Numbered from the stretch's first letter, positions 12,624-25,065 are shown. The stretch: 64,000 nucleotides of DNA from Octopus vulgaris (GCA_951406725.2 OX597819.1:48360001-48424000); one strand, 5' to 3'. Notes: generated from the sequence alone by a model not told the origin. Translations and numbers: made by a program.

Positions 12624-13000
12624 GGCGCAGGAGTGGCTGTGTGGTAAAGTAGCTTGCTTACCAACCACATGGTTCCGGGTTCAGTCCCACTGCGTGGCAC
12701 CTTCAGCAAGTGTCTTCTACTATAGCCTCGGACCGACCAAAGCCTTGTGAGTGGATTTGGTAGATGGAAACTGAAAGAAGCCCGTCGTATATATATATAT
12801 ATACACACACATGTGTGTCCGTGTTTGTCCCCCCAACATCGCTTGACAACCGATGGTGGTGTGTTTACGTCCCTGTAACTTAGCAGTTCGGCAAGAGAGA
12901 CCGATAGAATAAGTACTAGGCATACAAAGAATAAATCTTGGGGTCAATTTGCTCGACTAAAGGCGGTGCTCCAGCATGGCCGCAGTCAAATGAGTAAAAC
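12624..13000 (+). mobile_element. tRNA-derived SINE family A, full-length young copy
   Basis: A box TGGCTGTGTGG, B box GGTTCAGTCCC, CORE-like ACCTT(G)GGCAAGT, internal (AT)n, LINE-like tail; many decayed copies across the window. Confidence 0.88.
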
Positions 13001-13247
13001 AAAAGAATGTATATGTGTTATATATATATCTAAATATGAATGAGAAACAGTCCAAGGGATATAAACAATTTTGAACGCACACAAGGTATTCATTTTGCAA
13101 TTATAGGCGTGTGTTGACACACACACACAAATGTGTGTATGTGTGGTTGAGAAGTTGGCTTCCTAAACATATGGTTTGGGGCTCAGTCAGCTGTGTGGCA
13201 CCTTAGGTAAGTGTCTTCCATTATAGCCCCTGGTTGACCAAAGATGT

Positions 13248-14804
13248 TACTCTTTTACTCTTTTACTTGTTTCAGCCATCCGGCTGAGGCCATGCTGGGG
13301 CACCGCCCTTGTTGCTACCCTCTCTAAGTCCAGTTTGCCGTGGCTGGCCACTGATCTAAGAGAGAGTTTGTAGCTGCTGCCCTTAGGTTACCTTCGTACC
13401 TTGCAGTGGGTTCATCTGGGATCCCGGAAAGCAGCTTGTCTAGATGTTTTTTGAAAATGTCCACATCCGCATCATGTAGATCTCTTAGTTTTCTTGGCAG
13501 TTTGTTGAAAAGCTGAGGGCCCCTGAACCCCAAGCTATTACAGTATCTGCTCCTTACCCTGGATGTGGAAGACGGGACCTTTGGCACCACACAGTGACGT
13601 CCTGTACGGGGATTGGAACAGCTCTCAATTCCAAAATTTGGTGCTAGTCCCTCCAGGATTTTCCATATGTATATCACTGCATATCTCTCTCGTCTTCGTT
13701 CCAAGGAGTACAAATTGAGTTCCCTAAGCCTCTCCCAATAGTTCTTTTCTTTCATGGTGGAAATCCTCTTGGTGAAATGTCTTTGGATTGTCTCAAGCTC
13801 TGTGGTTAGTTTGACACTATGCGGTGACCACAGTTGGGAGCAGTAGTCCAGGCGGCTTAGGACAAATGTCCTCCATAGTGTCAACATGGTCTCGCAGTCT
13901 CTTGTCCGGAATGTCCTCAGGATCCAGCCAGTGAGTCGTCTGCACATTGTCGCCACCTTCGCGATGTGTGAAGAAAAAGATGCATCGTCACTCATGTCTA
14001 TCCCCAGGTCCCGTATTGATTTCGATACTGGGATTTCGATCCCTCCTGGACCAGTATAGTTGTGTTGTAATGTATATGTGTTTACAGCTTGATATTGTAA
14101 GGCTTGAAATTTACCAGCATTAAATTGCATGTTGTTGTCTTCAGCCCATTTGTATATGGCATCCAGATCTTGTTGTAAAAGGTCAGCATCAGCTGGGTTT
14201 TTGATTGCCTGTGCTACCTTTGTGTCATCAGCATAGCTAGTGAGGGATGTTGTTTGTGCTACCAAGGGCATGTCAGAGAGCGCCACCAAAAACAGCAAGG
14301 GTCCCAAGACTGTGCCCTGTGGCACCCCGCTTGCTATTGGTGTCTTTCCCGAGAGGGCTCCATTGGCTGCAACCATCTGGCTTCTGTCCTTCAGGAAGTC
14401 ATGTATCCACTCACCTACTTTTCCTGTTATGCCGAGTCTGAGTAATTTGTGACATATCACTCCGTGGTCGACTTTGTCAAAGGCCTTCGCAAAGTCGAGA
14501 TATACCACATCCACATGTGAGTGATCCAGTAGTTGTTTCAGTACCCAGTCGTAGTGTTGTAACAGCTGCGTAAGGCAGCTTCTTCCTGGGCGAAAGCCAT
14601 GCTGTGTGTCAGTGAGACGGTTAGTTTCTTCGAGGAACGTGATCAGTTTTTTTCTGATGATTCGTTCCATGACCTTACTTATGTGTGACGTCAGGGAGAC
14701 TGGCCTGTAGTTTTTGGCCTCTGCTCTACTCCCTCCTTTGTGGATAGGGCATATGGTGCCTTCTTTTAGCGCCCTGGGCAGTTTACCGTTAGCCAAGGAA
14801 CCAC
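13248..14804 (-). mobile_element. 5'-truncated non-LTR retrotransposon (CR1-group LINE) with uninterrupted RT frame (~490 aa) and intact 3' tail
   Basis: ORF 13324..14886: NYRPVSLTS, QHGFRPGRSC, LDFAKAFD, GVPQGTVLGP, YADD; (TAAAAGAG)n-type tail; TGT on both flanks. Clade assignment from memory. Confidence 0.92.
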
Positions 14805-14852
14805 TGTGTGTAGATTTTGTAGATGGAAACCGAAAAAAAGATAATATATATA

Positions 14853-16141
14853 TTGGGTCATCCCATAAATAATGGCTTTTTTTCAATTGTATGAACTAAA
14901 AGCCGGAGGGAGACAGGATAAACTATGTGCATCAACTTGCTATAAAAGTAGGAAGTAGTTTTACCTTGTTCCTTATTTTTAGTGCAAGTTTTGAAGAGTG
15001 CAGCTCGATTTTAACAGTTATTTTTTCAAAGCTAAGCTATAATGGAAAGTAACAAAGGAGCATATTCGGCATATTTTACTTTATTTTATAAGTTCAATGA
15101 CGGCAACAATGCAGCAGAAAATGCAAGGAATATTAATGCAATATATGCAGATTGGACACTAAGTGTAAGACATTGTCAACGGTGGGTCCAGAAATTCTGA
15201 TCTGGAAACTACAGCTGAGAAGATGAGCCTTGTCCTGGAGAATCTGTAAAACCAGTCGAGGATGTCTTGCAAACCTTGGTGGCATGGAATCCCATTGTAA
15301 CTGTTGAGGAACTAGCAGAGAACCTTGGATTTGGTCATTCATCGATATTTGCGTGCCATCAGAAAAGTTAGCAAATTGGATCAATGGGTTCTTCACAAAC
15401 TTTCTGAGTATAATTGCATGCAGAGAGTGAATGCGTGCTCTTCTTTGCTGTTACGTCTCACAAGCGAAAATTTTTTTTGACTGTAGGGTGACAAGAAATG
15501 GGTTCTCTATAAAAATGTCAAGCACCAAAGACAGGAGATAGGGAAAGGAGAAACACTGGCACTCCAGGCTAAAGAAGGTCTTCACCCACATAAGGTGTTA
15601 TTATCTGTTTGGTGGGATATGAAAGGTTTAGTCCACTTTTAACTTTTAAACCCAAACCAAGCAATAACAATGAAGATCTACCGTTCTAGAAGATCTAGCA
15701 GCTTAAGTCAGCACTTAAAGAAAAATGACCATCTTTGGTTTCAAGATGAAAGGTGTTCTTCCATCAGGATAATGCTCAGTCACATACAGTGAGGATGACA
15801 TTCCAAAGGCTGGAGTAGTTTGATTGGGGAAAAAATGCCCCACCCACCATATTCGCCAGACATTGCCCCATCTGATTATCATCTATTCTGCAGTCTTCAA
15901 AATCATTTGGATGGAAAAAATATGAATTTCGTAGATGAGGTCAGAATAGTACTGGAGGAGTATTTTTCATCACAGACAAGAGAATTTTGGAAGAGAGGCC
16001 TTACAAGTCTACCAGATAGAGGAAAGAGCATTATAGAAAATGAAGGAGAGTATTTTTAGATTAAAAAGGAACTTTGTTTATTCCAATTTTGAAAAATAAA
16101 AGAAGTATAAAAAAAACTGCATTATTTATAGGATGACCCAA
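14853..16141 (+). mobile_element. Second mariner family element, full length, decayed transposase
   Basis: TIRs TTGGGTCATCC(C/T)ATAAATAATG at both ends; GDKKWVLY, HQDNA, HPPYSPDIAPSDYHLF motifs with stops and frameshifts. Confidence 0.92.
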
Positions 16142-17357
16142 TGTATATATGTGTTTGCATCCCCTTGCCACACACAATGTGTGTATGTGTGGTTAAGAAG
16201 TTGGCCTCCTAAGCATATGGTTTTGGGCTCAGTCAGCTGTGTGGCACCTTAGGCAAGTATCTTTCATTATAGCCTCAGGTTAACCAAAAATGTGTGCGGA
16301 TTTTGTAGATGGAAACTGAAAAAAAAATATAATATATATATACATATGCACACATGTATATGAGTAATATAAGGATTCAGAGAACTGTGTGGTTATAACA
16401 GAAAGCTCTTCTTACAGACTTGGGTATCAGTCTACAATTATGGTGTAATGTAGAGTGCCCTTGTGAATATACAATTGTATAATGTTGAGCATGCATATTA
16501 ATGCAGACACTTATGCATAATTTCTTCCATACTGAGATTAATAGATGATGAAAGTTGCAAAGCAGCTGTAATCCTATGGAAGTCATGTGTATGTATATGT
16601 GTTTGTGTGTATATGTATCTATATATCTAATCATTATCATCATCGTTTAATGTCCGTTTTCCATGCTAGCATGGGTTATAGATACATATACAGTTATATA
16701 TCTAACTGAAAGTATATGTGGTTATGTATGTGTGTTTAGCCTCAAAAGGCTCTGAAATGGTGTGTTGTTGAGAAAAGCAAATTTGATTTTTGAAATCCGT
16801 CTTGAAGAGAAGGTTGTCCATAAAAATAAAATCTGCTTTGAGAAATAACTCAACTTATAGATCATGCTATCTGTATATGTATTATCTCTCACACATGCTG
16901 CCCCTCCCCACTCTCTTCATATAGCATGCAATTGCTTTCATTTTTGTTTAAAACTTTGTCTTCTAACGTTTACTTTCATTTTATGATACACTGCTATCAT
17001 GCAGAAATCCTATTGTCTGATTGGGTAAAAAATGATCAAACTTTAAACCTCTGTAACATTTTTCTAAAATTTTTCTAGAATAAATGAATCAAAGTCAGAT
17101 TAAGCATGACAAACTATATCAATATACCAAGTTCGCAAATTTTCTCTTGATTTTCAAATTTCAAAGTCTGTGACAGCAACTGAAAAGATCTATCTCTCTA
17201 TTTATATCTCTTTCATTTTTCACTTCTCATTGCAAACTTTCCTCTTCTCTGTATATATATTTACCATACTCTCTCTCACTCTGTATATGTACATTGCTTA
17301 CAGTGTATACACATGTTTAAGGAATTTCATTAGGGCAACAGTGATTTTTAAAAAATG

Positions 17358-17870
17358 TAAAAGACGTGCAACCAAACGCATACCCTCCATCAGACACCTA
17401 CCATACTCTGAGCGCCTTGTTTCCCTGGGCATGGATTCACTGAAGCTCCGGCGTCTGGCGATGGACTTCGTTAAACACCCACAAAGTTATCAACCACCTC
17501 ACCAACAACACCGAACACCTTTTTGATCTCCATGTGTCCAACACACATGGACATGCCTACAAAGTCAGAAAACAGCACAGCTCCCATGACTTTCGGAAAC
17601 ATTTTTTCACGCTCAGAGTTGCTGAAGCATGGAACAAACTGCCTGCGTCAGTTGTTGACTGCCATGACACTGCACCCTTTAAGGCCCTCATGCTCTCCGA
17701 AATCCGCCGAAACTACACCTGATTGTCCCCCTTCCATACTCATACACATGTGTATGTCGTGACTCATGCAGTTCTTTTCCTGACGCTTGTACATTGCCCT
17801 ATGTACTATACATACACTTTAGATGAGTTGTAGTGCACCTGAGCACTGTACACAATGTTTCATTATTCAT
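17358..17870 (+). mobile_element. 3' fragment of a different CR1-type LINE
   Basis: RRATKRIPSIRHLPYSERLVSLGMDSLKLRR and THGHAYKVRK...FFTLRVAEAWNKLP are typical CR1 ORF2 C-terminal motifs; 3'UTR ends in a hairpin and ATT-rich tail. Confidence 0.82.
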
Positions 17871-18522
17871 CATCATTGCTTAACGTCCGTTCTCCATGCT
17901 AGCATGGGTTGGACGGTTCGACCGGGGATCTGGGAAGCCAGAAGGCTGCACCAGGCTCCGGTCTTATCTGGTAATGTTTCTACAGCTGGATGCCCTTCCT
18001 AATGCCAACCACTCCGTGAGTGTAGTGGGTGCTTTTTACGTGCCACCTGCACTGGTGCCAGGCGAGGCTGGCATCGGCCACGGTCGGATTGGTGCATTTT
18101 ATGTGCCACCTGCACGGAAGCCAGTCGAGGTGGCACTGGCTATATAATTTATTCTAATAGAATACTTTTCAGTTAGCAAATGCTTTTTCATAAAACACAC
18201 ACACACAGGCTCACTTGTTGCAGGGTGGGGGTTAAAGATTTAAATAAACTTTTTTTTTTTTGTTATTGCTTAAATCACAGCAGTTACTTCTGCATCCTCA
18301 TTCCATAAAATGTGTTTATGGGGAGAAAAATATGAATACGTCAGAGTGACAAAGAAGTAAGTAAGGTGCTAGGTGGCTGTGCAATGTGCTACAAACAACA
18401 GCTATATCTTCCTCAAATCATACACCTTTCTGTCTGAAAATTATTTCACAATTATAAAAAGAAACAAATTATAGATTTGAACTATCTGTATTTTAAAACT
18501 ATGATCTATTGTTTTTGAATTA

Positions 18523-18901
18523 TACTCTTTACTCTCTCTTTTACTTGTTTCAGTCATTTGACTGCGGCCATGCTGGAGCACCGCCTTTAGTCGAGCAAAT
18601 CGACCCCGGGACTTATTCTTTGTAAGCCCAGTACTTATTCTATCGGTCTCTTTTACCAAACCGCTAAGTGATGGGGACGTAAACACACCAGCATCGGTTG
18701 TCAAGCAATGCTAGGGGGACAAACACAGACACACATATATACGACAGGCTTCTTTCAGTTTCCGTCTACCAAATCCACTTACAAGGCATTGGTCGGCCCG
18801 GGGCTATAGCAGAAGACACTTGTCCAAGATGCCACGCAGTGGGACTGAACCCGGAACCATGTGGTTGGTAAGCAAGCTACTTACCACACAGCCACTCCTG
18901 C
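18523..18901 (-). mobile_element. SINE family A, full-length copy
   Basis: Highly similar to 12624-13000 and 32817-33203. Confidence 0.88.
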
Positions 18902-19304
18902 ATTTAATTATCTATTTGAAAATAAAAAGAAGTGGTGATTGTCGATTTCCCAAAACTCCTTTTTTTTTTTTTAAACCAACACAGTTTTTCTCACTGTTTT
19001 AAAGCGTACAGTGCAAAAGAAAAAAAAAAAAAGCCAAAATTGGTACCGAGTTAGGGAGGGGGTTTGAAAAATATACATAAAAAAGTCCAGTGGGTGAAGA
19101 AACAAATTTTCCAACATTTTTTCATAAAAATCTTCCCCCACCCATCATCTGCTGGGGTGTAGTGAGAAAAATTTGAAAACTCCCATCAAAACAGAGAAAA
19201 TCCTGCTTATATGGGTATGCTATTCCAAAAGTCCACCAAGGCATTCTATTGTGAAAATTACCCAGCAACAAGGTACTCAGCTATTGTATTTTTTTTTTTT
19301 TCTT

Positions 19305-19562
19305 ATTTTATTTAGTTTCAGCTCACGAGCTGTGGCACCGCCATTTGGTGTTGCTACACGATTTTACTTCACGAATGCTTTTTAGCAATTGCCATTTGGT
19401 GCATGAGAGAGTTCGATGCAGCTGCCCTCATCTGCACCTCCTGCCGTGAAGTTGGTTCATCTGGGACACCTGACAGGAAGAGATCCAGTTTTATTTTAAA
19501 GACATCTGCATCCACCCCATGCAGGTCTCTCAGGTTCTTCGGGAGGATATTGAAGAGCTGTA
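19305..19562 (-). mobile_element. 3' fragment of a LINE related to the 13248-14804 element
   Basis: QLFNILPKNLRDLHGVDADVFKIKLDLFLSGVPDEPT...RAAASNSL aligns by eye with QLFNKLPRKLRDLHDADVDIFKKHLDKLLSGIPDEPT...RAAATNSL; related tail. Confidence 0.85.
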
Positions 19563-19589
19563 TATGTATATATTTTTGTGCACTCACAT

Positions 19590-19770
19590 TATATATCTTG
19601 GGAATAGAAACTGGTGATCTTGGTGGCCAAAATCCCTTCGAAATAATCCGTTCACCAGAAAACTCTTGAAGTAGTGCCGTGGTGATGCGCAGGATGAAAA
19701 AAAATTCACTGCGGAGAGACTTTTTGAACACCTTGTATAAGCTTTTACAGAGAAAGAGACAGAACACAAG
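19590..19770 (-). mobile_element. Tc1/mariner-superfamily transposase fragment (WPPRSP motif)
   Basis: TTALLQEFSGERIISKGFWPPRSP resembles the pre-third-acidic-residue region of DD41D/Tc3-like transposases; short. Confidence 0.45.
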
Positions 19771-19876
19771 GAAAAATATTCCTTAAATGAAAGTAAACAA
19801 TGTGATTAACCTTAAAATGCTTTTATTTATTTTTTTCTTTTTATATTAGAAATCATCACAAGACATTTTGTACAAA

Positions 19877-19882
19877 TTTATT
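19877..19882 (-). terminator. Candidate Smurf polyadenylation signal (AATAAA on -), implying a ~2.1 kb 3'UTR
   Basis: TTTATT on + at the edge of a SINE-free ~2.1 kb block below the stop codon; inference only. Confidence 0.35.
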
Positions 19883-21996
19883 TATAAAAACTGATACAGT
19901 GTGTCAGTCAGTTGGAGTACATTCTCTCAGATGTATGAACACGCACATGCATACATACACACACATACATACATACGTACATGCAGGCACACTCCATTGC
20001 TAGACAAACGGTGGACTGAATCTGAAATTCCAGCAGATTCAATTATTTTGATTACTGTAATGATTTACACCACATCTTAATTATTCAAAATAGTATATTT
20101 TACTGGTGAGCATTTCCTTTATTTTTTTATTCTTTTTTTTTTTTTTACTCTATTATATAGAGAACTCCATGCCTGTATTTCTGATACGGGCTACAGGGAT
20201 TCATTGTTAGGAGTGAGTTTGGATGTGACAGAGTGAGAGAGTATAAAAGTCTTACCAGCAATGACATTTATGTGGCACCATTTAAATTGTTGTGCATATA
20301 TGTATATGATGTATAAAAAAAAAATATCTAGTAATATCAGTAAACAGAGGATCAGGCCGTCGTTAAAAACAAAAGATCACATTAATGATTTATTCATAGG
20401 CTGATAAAAAGGAAAATAATTTTTGATAAATGCAAAGACATTAAAAAAAACAACAAAAACAAACCTAATAACTTTTTTTTTGTTTTTGGCAGATTGTTTT
20501 CTTTGCATGTTCATAAAATTACATTTTTCATACAATTGGTATTTAACCAACATTTACACATACACTTTAACAAATAATAATTTCTGAAGGTTTAATAAAT
20601 CAGAAGATGAGGTAAAAGATGAGTCAGTATAAAACCACTGACAAGTAAACGTAGAAGAGAAATGGCAGAAGTGGGTAAACAACTTAAAACAATAAAGAAA
20701 ATCCTAAAGTACTTTTTTTTTTGTTTTGTTTTACATAAATAGATTTTTACAACAGGAAAAGTAATTGGAAATGGTTCAGAAACTTCTGCATATTTCCAAG
20801 CGGTGGTGGTGGTGGTGGTGGTGATTGGTAAATTTTGTTTCAGGTGAAGAAATAAAGTTTAAAATTATACCTAACATAAAATATGCAATGATCAAAGTAA
20901 TTGCGTGAATAATTGTTTTTTAAAATTTGATTGCTTTTTTTGTTATTTCAGAGAAAGAGAAAGAGCAGGAGAGAGAGAGCAAGAGGGGGGTTTAGGAAGT
21001 GTTTTAGGAGGAGTTTTTGTAGCCATTCACCAAATCCAAAACTTTGTCCGTCATTAGTTCCAGGTTTCTTTCATTTTATATTTCTTGTTTTCCATTTTTC
21101 TTAAGTCTACAGTTTCGACTCAATAAGTTAAGTAACTGGCTGAGGAGAAATTTTTTATGCAATCTTTTATGATATTTGGGACTGAAAAGAGAATGATTAA
21201 AAAAAAAAAAAAACATCGTGGGTATCACACTTTTTTTATTTTTGAAATACCACTCTTATGGTTGCTTTATGTCAAGTCATCATGATCGAGAATACAATCA
21301 AATAGCTTGCTTACAGTGAAAATGCCTATTTAGCATATGTAATACACAACATATGCACATACACTCAGTGGACACACACACACACACATGCACTCTTGCT
21401 CATAAATCTACATATGTGCATGCACATACATACACATATACCCTGTGAACATACATTACACACATACACAAATACTAGTGCTCACACACAAATCTACATA
21501 CGTGCATGCACATACACACACACATGCCCTGTGAACATACAAAATCACTTTCATGTACAGATGTAGTGTAATTTTCACTTCTGAATGTGGAGGTAATGTT
21601 AACTCATAGACACTTACATGTAAGTAAGAAACCATGAAACCACATTTCACAATGATAAACTATGTACAGTCAGTCATCTTGACCAAAGATGGTTCTTTGA
21701 AGATGAGGAAACAAAAACTCAACTGGCCATTGTTTAGCAAGGACAAAAGGTGATGCAATTTGCAAGGGTGTTGTTTAACCCAAATGTTTAGAGCCCTCAA
21801 ATGAGTGACCTTCCAAACGGACATAATATACTGAGGTTAACTTGCAGAAAATAACAGCCTTTTGTGTAAAAGAAAAAAAAAAAAAAAAGTATTGCTTTTC
21901 TGTCGAAAACTATTTTCCCCTTTGGCACACAAAGAGCAGAAAAGCTGGCCAAAACCCCAACACTGTTCAATGAATTAAATTTTTTTATGTTTTGTT

Positions 21997-22096
21997 TTAT
22001 TCCACTGCAAAACCACATGTTTCTTCAACTGCGCAGGTCAATTTACTTAGGAATTTTTCATAATCTTCATAAGGTGGAATATCTATACGATTGAAA
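21997..22096 (-). CDS. SMURF2: Smurf terminal exon (FNRIDIPPYEDYEKFLSKLTCAVEETCGFAVE*)
   Basis: tttcag acceptor; TAA at 21997-21999; Smurf-type C-terminus. Confidence 0.94.
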
Positions 22097-24980
22097 CTGA
22101 AATAAGAAAAAAATAAAATAAAATTAATCAAGTTTCATTCATTAATTAAATCAAATTGTTTGTAATTTAAACAAATACTATATTTTATAAAAATTTTTTT
22201 AAAGGAGAAATTCCAACCACGTTTCGTAGTTCACTACCTCAACAGCTCCTTTATAGGATCCAGTGGCTAAAGACATCATCAGGCAGAACCACGTCCGGTT
22301 TCGGCCCCTACTCCTCTACTGGTGTCTTTAGCTCCGGTTTTGAGTGTGTTTTAACTTTCTCCTTTTTTTCTTTGGCCTTTTGTTCTTCGGTTTCTTTGAT
22401 GCAGCGTCAACAAATGTCAGCTGGCGAATGACCATCCTACCAAATTTCCCTTTAAATACTTGCCAGTAGGCCCTAGTAGCCAGTGCCAGCTGTCACATGA
22501 CACTATCTAAGCTTCAACTGACCAATGGAGTGCAAGGAAATTGTAGTTTTGGCCCATGCCCTCTCTAAACCTACCTTCCAACAGCATCGTGTTAGTTTCA
22601 GTTCCAGCAACCAGAGCTGACTAGCTGTCTGGTGGTACAAGCCTTCAAACCAGGAGGAGGGAGCACAATGAACACAATCGCTCCCTTGGCCCACCTTCAA
22701 GCAGCAACGCTTGCTATACTGAATGATAAAGTATCATGCTTTAGAACTGATAGTAAAACCTATAATAAAAAGTATTCCAGCTGTGACCATGCTGTCAATT
22801 TTTTTTTGTCGTTAGATAGTATATTCAGGACTAAATCATCTAGTGTATCCTTCTCATTTAAAACAGTATGTTGCTATTTTTAGGAGGTCAAGTTGACTTA
22901 AATTTGAACTAATTCATTATTACCATCATTGTTTTATTGTTCACTTTCTCATGCTTACATGAATCAGACAGAATTCACCGAGACAGATTTTCTGTCCTGA
23001 TGCCCTTCCTGTCACCAACCTTTTACTTGTTTCCGAGACATGTTTCAGAGAAGATTCGAAACAAGAGACCCCACTCGTATAACAGTGATACTTGTTTACA
23101 TACACATAAGCTTCTTAACAAGTTTCAGTCTACCAAATCCATTAAACAAGCTTTGGTCAGCTTGGAGTGGGGGGGGAAGCTATAGTGGAAGACATCGTGC
23201 AGTGGGATTGAACCCAAAACCATGTGGTAAGGAAACAGACTTCTTAATCACAGACATGCCTGCACATATCTAATTAGCAATGTGTCTCCATCTCTCTCTG
23301 TTCCTGCAAAGTAGACCAAAAGCAATTAACTGTTCTAGTACTTTCACTATATCTGAATTTCATGGAAACAGGTCACTTAGTTCAGTGGTTCTCAATTTGA
23401 CAAACATCAAACCTATTCTAACAAAATATTAATGAATTTTATTTCCCTTCCCACTTTATTAATAAGAAAACAAAACAGAGTTTGCATTCACATAGCTGTC
23501 CACAGAATTATGGTCGCATAGTTTAATGTTAATTTGCTTGTCCTCTTTTACAATCCTCACAGCCCACCCCCCATGAAAAGCACTGATTTCACAGAATAAT
23601 AAATAGCAAAGTGCATTATATTTATACACTGTTCATTCGTCTTATGACCATTTTTTACCATGCTAGAATTGGTTGGACAGAGACTTATTCAAGACAGTAT
23701 TTTATAATCGGATGCATATCCTGTCATCAACCATACCATGTATGTAACAATTATCATCGTTTTAATGTCTACTTTTCCATGCTGATATGGGCCAGACAGA
23801 ATTTGTTGATGCAGATTTTTGTACAGCAGGATGCTCTTCCCATCACTGACCCTCACCTGGCTCCAGGAAAGGTAATATTTCCCCCTTGGTTGGATAGATT
23901 TTCCACTTGTATGACGGGGATACTCCTTTACAACTGTAACACAAAGTCAGATCAAAGAGACACAAACACACACGCGTGCGCATCTATTGGTTTACATTTG
24001 ATCTCTGCAAATCACTCAGCTATATATGATGACATTGCAGTCATTTCCCTTGTCAATGGATTGTTTGCTGGCTTTGAAGATGTGTTTAATAAGTAAACAA
24101 GTTAAAAAGAAAAGTGAAGGGTAAGTGGCAGAAGAGGCATCTGGCCGTAAAGCACTCAATTTATTCGTTTATCTCATGTTAACACGGAAAAAGACAAAAA
24201 TTTAACAAATATTATTTTGTATAATAAAGTAAATAACATTTCAAATATTGCAGCTTTTAAATATTACGAGTTATCTCCCCTACTAAGACATGTAATGCTC
24301 AAGGTCTCAGTTCACCAATCGAGCAGTTTAAATAGACATCAAGTAATACAATACATCGATGTAAAAAGTGGTAGCACAGTCATCATCGTCGTTTAACGTC
24401 CGTGTTCCATGCCAGTATGGGTTGGACAAAGTTGCCTAGTATCAAAGTTCAAATCTTCCTTTGAGTATTGTTTGAAGAAGGATAGGAACTGGCAAACTGA
24501 CATGGAGTAGGTTCATTGCAGAAGAAGGAGAGACAGCAAAGATGTTTATGACCACATATGTGAAGAAATAATTGTAGGTAACAGTAATTTTCTTTATATG
24601 AGAGAGAGAGAGAGAGATCCTTAGATTTCAGTTAGTAGAGATGAATGCATATCCTCTCTGAAGTTAAGCTTTGGCACTACATTATCACTTGGATTCCTAC
24701 ATCAAGCTAAGATCTTAGCTACCTAAAAAAATTTTTTATTACCAGCATATTACTTTTTATAACAATGTAGTTGAAGTCTAAACCCATTACCCACAATTAC
24801 ATATAACAAGTATTTCCACTCATTAACCTATATTTATATGTTAATGTTCCATGCCAGCATAGAACATGGGCATTAAAATGATTGCACACACACACACACA
24901 GATAGAGATACATGCATACATACACACACAGAGTTTATTTGTTTTATAGAAACATAAGATAATTTAAAGAGAATCAATAC

Positions 24981-25065
24981 CATGTGTGTGCTTTTGGTAA
25001 ATTATCTGTACTGGTGTCAACTTGATGTATTGTGAACAGCCTCGGACCAGCAGCACCAGTTGATC
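24981..25065 (-). CDS. SMURF2: Smurf exon, HECT C-lobe (GSTGAAGPRLFTIH...NLPKAHT-C)
   Basis: ctacag acceptor, TG|gtattg donor; catalytic Cys codon split TG|T. Confidence 0.93.

Noticed and set aside
12569-12947. Recurrent short ORFs with LPNPLTRLW / PSTKSTHKALV / LDALPNANH peptides as a gene family
   Set aside because: These are translations of SINE families A and D repeated across the window
14805-14886. N-terminus (MKKSHYLWDDP...STKSTHS) of the 520-aa ORF as a real start for an RT gene
   Set aside because: It is antisense mariner TIR plus SINE sequence read through by chance; LINE homology begins near 14800
19369-19767. 132-aa ORF as a chimeric transposase-LINE protein
   Set aside because: Two adjacent short TE scraps joined by (AT)-rich sequence; no ATG start or splice support
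23383-23585. hAT MITE (CAGTGGTTCTCAA ... ATGAAAAGCACTG)
   Set aside because: TIR match only about 10 of 13 and no clear 8-bp TSD; too weak to list
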